From positions 18,189,021 through 18,230,000 of the forward strand of contig CM059452.1 of assembly GCA_030390025.1 (NCBI GenBank): 40,980 nucleotides of DNA, in the 5' to 3' direction. Below the pieces are notes generated by a model. The model ran no database searches. It was not told the origin of the DNA and was given only the letters and a program-made list of their open reading frames with translations. Position numbers and translations under genes: made by a program. This stretch comes from Squalus acanthias (lineage: Eukaryota). Shown one piece after another: positions 36,801 to 40,980 of the stretch (the stretch's first letter is position 1; the number at the start of each line of letters is the position of its first letter).

Positions 36801-39800
36801 GTACCCCCCACTTCCTCACCAGAGAGAGGGGACAGGACATTAATTGACCGACTGTACTCTCCTCCGCCACCAGAGAGATGGGAATGTGCAATTGTTAACC
36901 CACTGTACCTCCCACTCCCCCACCAGTGAGAGCGGACAGGACATTAATTACACCACTGTACACCCCTACGCCAGCAGAGAGAGGGGAATAGGCAATTGTT
37001 AGCACACTGTACCCCCCACTCACTCATCAGAAAGAGGGGAAAGGGCAATGGTTATCAACTGTACCTGCTGCCAAACCAGAAAGAGGGGAAAGGGCAATTG
37101 TTAACCCACTGTACCCCTACTCCCCCAAAGTAAGAGAGGAAAGGGAAATTGTTAACCCACTGTACCCCTACTACCCCATAGTAAGAGAGGAAAGGGAAAT
37201 TGTTAACCCACTGTACCCCTACTCCCCCATAGTAAGAGAGGAAAGGGAAATTGTTAACCCACTGTACCCCCACTCCCCCATAGTAAAAGAGGAAAGGGCA
37301 ATTGTTAACCCACTGTACCCCTACTCCCCCATAGTAAGAGCGGAAAGGGAAATTGTTAACCCACTGTACCCCCACTCCACCATAGAAAGAGGGGAAAGGG
37401 CAATGGTTAACCCAGTGTACCCCCACTCCGCCACCAAAGAGAGGCGAAAGGGCAATTGCAAACCCACTGTACCCCCACTCCCACACCAGAGAGAGGGGAA
37501 TGTGCAATTGTTTACCCAATGTACCCCCACTCCCCCACCAGAGAGTGGGGGAAGGTCAATTGTTAGCCCACTGTATCCCCAATCCCCCTTCAGAGAGAGG
37601 GGGAAGGGCAATTGTTAGCCCACTGTACCCCCACTCCCCCTTCAGAGAGAGGGTAAAAGGCAATTGTTAACACACTGTACACCCACACCCACAAAAGAGA
37701 GAGGGGGAAGGGCAATTGTTAACCAATTGCACCCCCACTTCCCCACCAGAGAGAGAGGAAAGGGCAATTGTTAACCCACTGTACCCACCACTCCACAATC
37801 GAGAGAGGGGAAAGGACAATTGTTAAAACACTGTACCCCCACTCCCCCACCAGAGAGAGGGGAAAGGACAATTGTTAGCCCACTGTACCACCACTCCCCC
37901 TTCAGAGAGAGGGGGAAGGGCAATTGTTAGCCCACTGTACCCCCACTCCCCCTTCAGAGAGAGGGTAAAAGGCAATTGTTAACACACTGTACACCCACAC
38001 CCACAAAAGAGAGAGGGGGAAGGGCAATTGTTAACCAATTGCACCCCCACTTCCCCACCAGAGAGAGAGGAAAGGGCAATTGTTAACCCACTGTACCCAC
38101 CACTCCACAATCGAGAGAGGGGAAAGGACAATTGTTAAAACACTGTACCCCCACTCCCCCACCAGAGAGAGGGGGAAGGACAATTGTTAACCCACTGTAC
38201 CCCCACTCCCCCACCAGAGAGAGGGGAAAGTGCAATTGTTAACCCACTGTACCCCCACTCCCCCGGCAGAGAGAGGGCGAAGGGCAATTGTTAACCCACT
38301 GTACCACACTCCCCCACAAGAGAGAGGGGAAAGGGCAATTGTTAACCACTGTAGCCCAAGTCCCCAAAAGAGAGAGAGAGGAAAGGGCAATTGTTAACCC
38401 ACTGTACCCCCCACTCCCCAATCGAGAGAGGGGAAAGGACAATTGTTAAAACTCTGTACCCCCACTCCCCCACGAGAGAGAGGGGAAAGGACATTTGTTA
38501 ACCCACTGTACCCCCACTCCCCCACAAGAGAGAGGCGAAAGGGCAATTGTTAACCCACTGTACCCCCACTCCCCCACCAGAGAGAGGGCGAAAAGCAATT
38601 GTTAACACACTGTACCACACTCCCCCACAAGAGAGAGGGGAAAGGACAATTGTTAACCCACTGTACCCCCACTCCCCCACCAGAGAGAGGGGAAAGTGCA
38701 ATTGTTAACCACTGTACCCCCACTCCCCCACCAGAGAGAGGGGAAAGGGCAATTGTTAACCCACTGTACCCCCACTCCCCCACCAGAGAGAGGGGAAAGG
38801 GCAATTGTTAACCCACTGTACCCCACTCCCCCACCAGAGAGAGGGGAAAGGGCAATTGTTAACCCACTGTACCCCCACTCCCCCACCAGAGAGAGGGGAA
38901 AGGGCAATTGTTAACCCACTGTACCACCACTCCCCACCAGAGAGAGGGGAAAGGGCAATTGTTAACACACTGTACCACAACTCCTCCACTTGAGAGAGGG
39001 GGAAGGGCAATTGTTAACCCACTGTACCCCACTCCCCCACCAGAGAGAGGGGAAGGACAATTGTTAACACACTGTACCCACCACTCCCAACCAGAGAGAG
39101 GGGACAGGGACATTGATTAACCACTGTACTCTATCCCCGCCACCAGAGAGATGGAATGTGCAATTGTTAACCCACTGTACCTCCCACTCCCCACCAGAGA
39201 GAGGGGACAGGACATTAATTAAACCACTGTACCCCCCTCCGGCTCCAGAGAGAGGGGAATGGGCAATTGTTAGCACACTGTACCACCCACTCACTCATCA
39301 GAAAGAGGGGACAGGGCAATTGTTAACCCTCTGTACCTCCCACTCCGCCACCAGAGAGAGGGGAAATGGCAATTGTTAACCCACTGTACCCCCACTTCCC
39401 CACCAAAGAGAGGCGAAAGGGCAATTGCAAACACACTGTACTCCAACTCCCACACCAGAGAGATGGGAAAGGGCAATTGTTTACCCAATGTACCCCCACT
39501 CACCGACCAGAGAGAGAAGAAAGGGCAATTGTTAGCCCACTGTACAACCACTCCCCCACCAGAGAGAGGGGGAAGGTCAATTGTTAACTCACTGTACCCC
39601 CACTCCCCCATCAGAGAGAGGGGAAAGGGCAATTGTTAGCCCACTGTACCCCCACTCCCCCATCAGCGAGAGGGGAAATGGCAATTGTTAACCCACTGTA
39701 CCCCCACTCCCCCATCAGAGAGAGGGGAAAGGGTAACTGTTATCCCACTGTACCCCCACTCCCCCGCCAGAGAGTGGGGAATGTGAATTGTTAACCAACT

Positions 39801-40150
39801 ATTCCCCAGTACCCAGCAGAGACAAGGGAAAAGTCATTTTTAACCAACTGTACCCACACGCCCCAACTAGAGAGAGGGGAAATGGCAACTGTATAAACCA
39901 TTGTACCCGCACACCCACACTAGTGAGAGGGGAGCGGACATTAATGAACACACTATACCCGCCTCCACTACCAGAGAGAAGGGAATGGGCAATTGTTAAC
40001 ACACTGTACCCCCACTCCCCACCAGAGAGAGGGGAAAGAGCAATTGTTAACTAACTGTATCCCGGCACCAACACCAGAGAGAGGGGAAAGGGCAATTGTT
40101 ATCCCACTGTACTACCACTCCCCCACCCCAGAGAGGGGGCGAGGGGGGGG
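15823..40150. repeat. 24.3-kb satellite array of about 52-bp monomers (roughly 470 units), head-to-tail, single orientation
   Basis: Consensus gggcaattgttaacccactgtacccccactcccccaccagagagaggggaaa (52 bp), with 51- and 53-bp variants. I saw no interrupting non-satellite sequence. Confidence 0.98.
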
Positions 40151-40429
40151 GAAACCAATTCTGAATTATATAATGTCAGTTGTTATCAGTAAAAGTCAGC
40201 TTCTAACTCACTGTCGGAAAATGTTAACATTGCCCCATGGGAATCCTATTGTAAAACAAATATTTTTTCTTCGTATTATCTTTAAATAGGGCTTGGGGTA
40301 AATGTTTCCCTTTTATTCGTAAATTAACAGATTGTGTTCTAACAGTCCAGATCTAAGCTAGTTTCTCCCGGTTGTGTCTCTGATGTTGCTGATGCCCATC
40401 ATTTGAAATGTTACATTCCACCCGCTCTG

Positions 40430-40945
40430 TGCACACTTACACATAAACACACACAGACTTACACATAAACACACATTGACACCCAGACACATTACACATA
40501 CCCAGATTAAAATCCACATCATCAATGGCAGACCCAGTTATTAGTACTCTCTGAAACTTTTAACAACAGCAAAAATACTCAAACGCACCCTTACACAAAA
40601 CACACACAAGCACACGCATTAACCCACACGCAGACACACGCATAAACACACATCAACACAAACACTTACACATAACCATACACATGAACACACTTACACA
40701 AAACACAAACACAGTTAAACATAAACACACGCACTTACATTTAAACACACACATTTACACAAAAACACACAGAGATACATACATAAACATATACAAACTT
40801 ACAAAAATACACGCACACGCACTCTTACACATAACACACTTACATCGAATTACACATAAACACACACACTTACACACAAACCGCAAACGCACATGCTTAT
40901 GCTTCAACACACACACTTAAGGTAAACACACACATTAACATACAA
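40430..40945. repeat. Degenerate (CA)n-rich low-complexity tract
   Basis: Repeated acacac, acataaacac and acacttac motifs. Confidence 0.85.
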
Positions 40946-40980
40946 ACATAAACTAAAGCAAAATAAGTGATAGTCATACA

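Noticed and set aside
15823-40150. Satellite as a CRISPR array
   Set aside because: There are no unique spacers, the whole unit repeats, no cas genes are present, and the context is vertebrate.
15764-40289. Well over a hundred ORFs in the satellite, including 230-aa ORFs with 17-aa or 35-aa periodicity
   Set aside because: They are translations of the 51/52/105-bp repeat. Long ones arise where the period is a multiple of three. No splice or domain evidence.
40684-40920. His/Thr-rich 78-aa ORF
   Set aside because: It is a translation of the CA-rich low-complexity tract.

Overview
Eukaryotic, intron-containing DNA, almost certainly from a cartilaginous fish (shark or ray). The window holds the constant-region half of an IgM heavy-chain cluster on the + strand: Cmu1 (7609-7908), Cmu3 (12016-12324) and Cmu4 plus secretory tail (12809-13198), followed by two AATAAA signals. 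I find no Cmu2 exon, so the layout is three-domain, like nurse shark IgM1gj. Every exon is disabled (two in-frame stops, two 1-bp deletions, lost core Cys and Trp, lost tail Cys), so this copy is a pseudogene, though its splice sites are intact. No V, D, J or transmembrane exon is visible. The introns contain five CR1-type LINE fragments, a Penelope element (GIY-YIG domain, minimal hammerhead ribozyme, 12-bp target-site duplication) nested in a CR1, two tRNA-derived SINE remnants, a 67-bp tandem repeat, and a 2.3-kb 38-bp minisatellite amplified from a CR1 coding motif. Positions 15823-40150 are one 24.3-kb satellite of about 52-bp units with layered higher-order structure; essentially all ORFs there are artefacts. 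Family assignments come from recalled sequences and motifs, not database searches.
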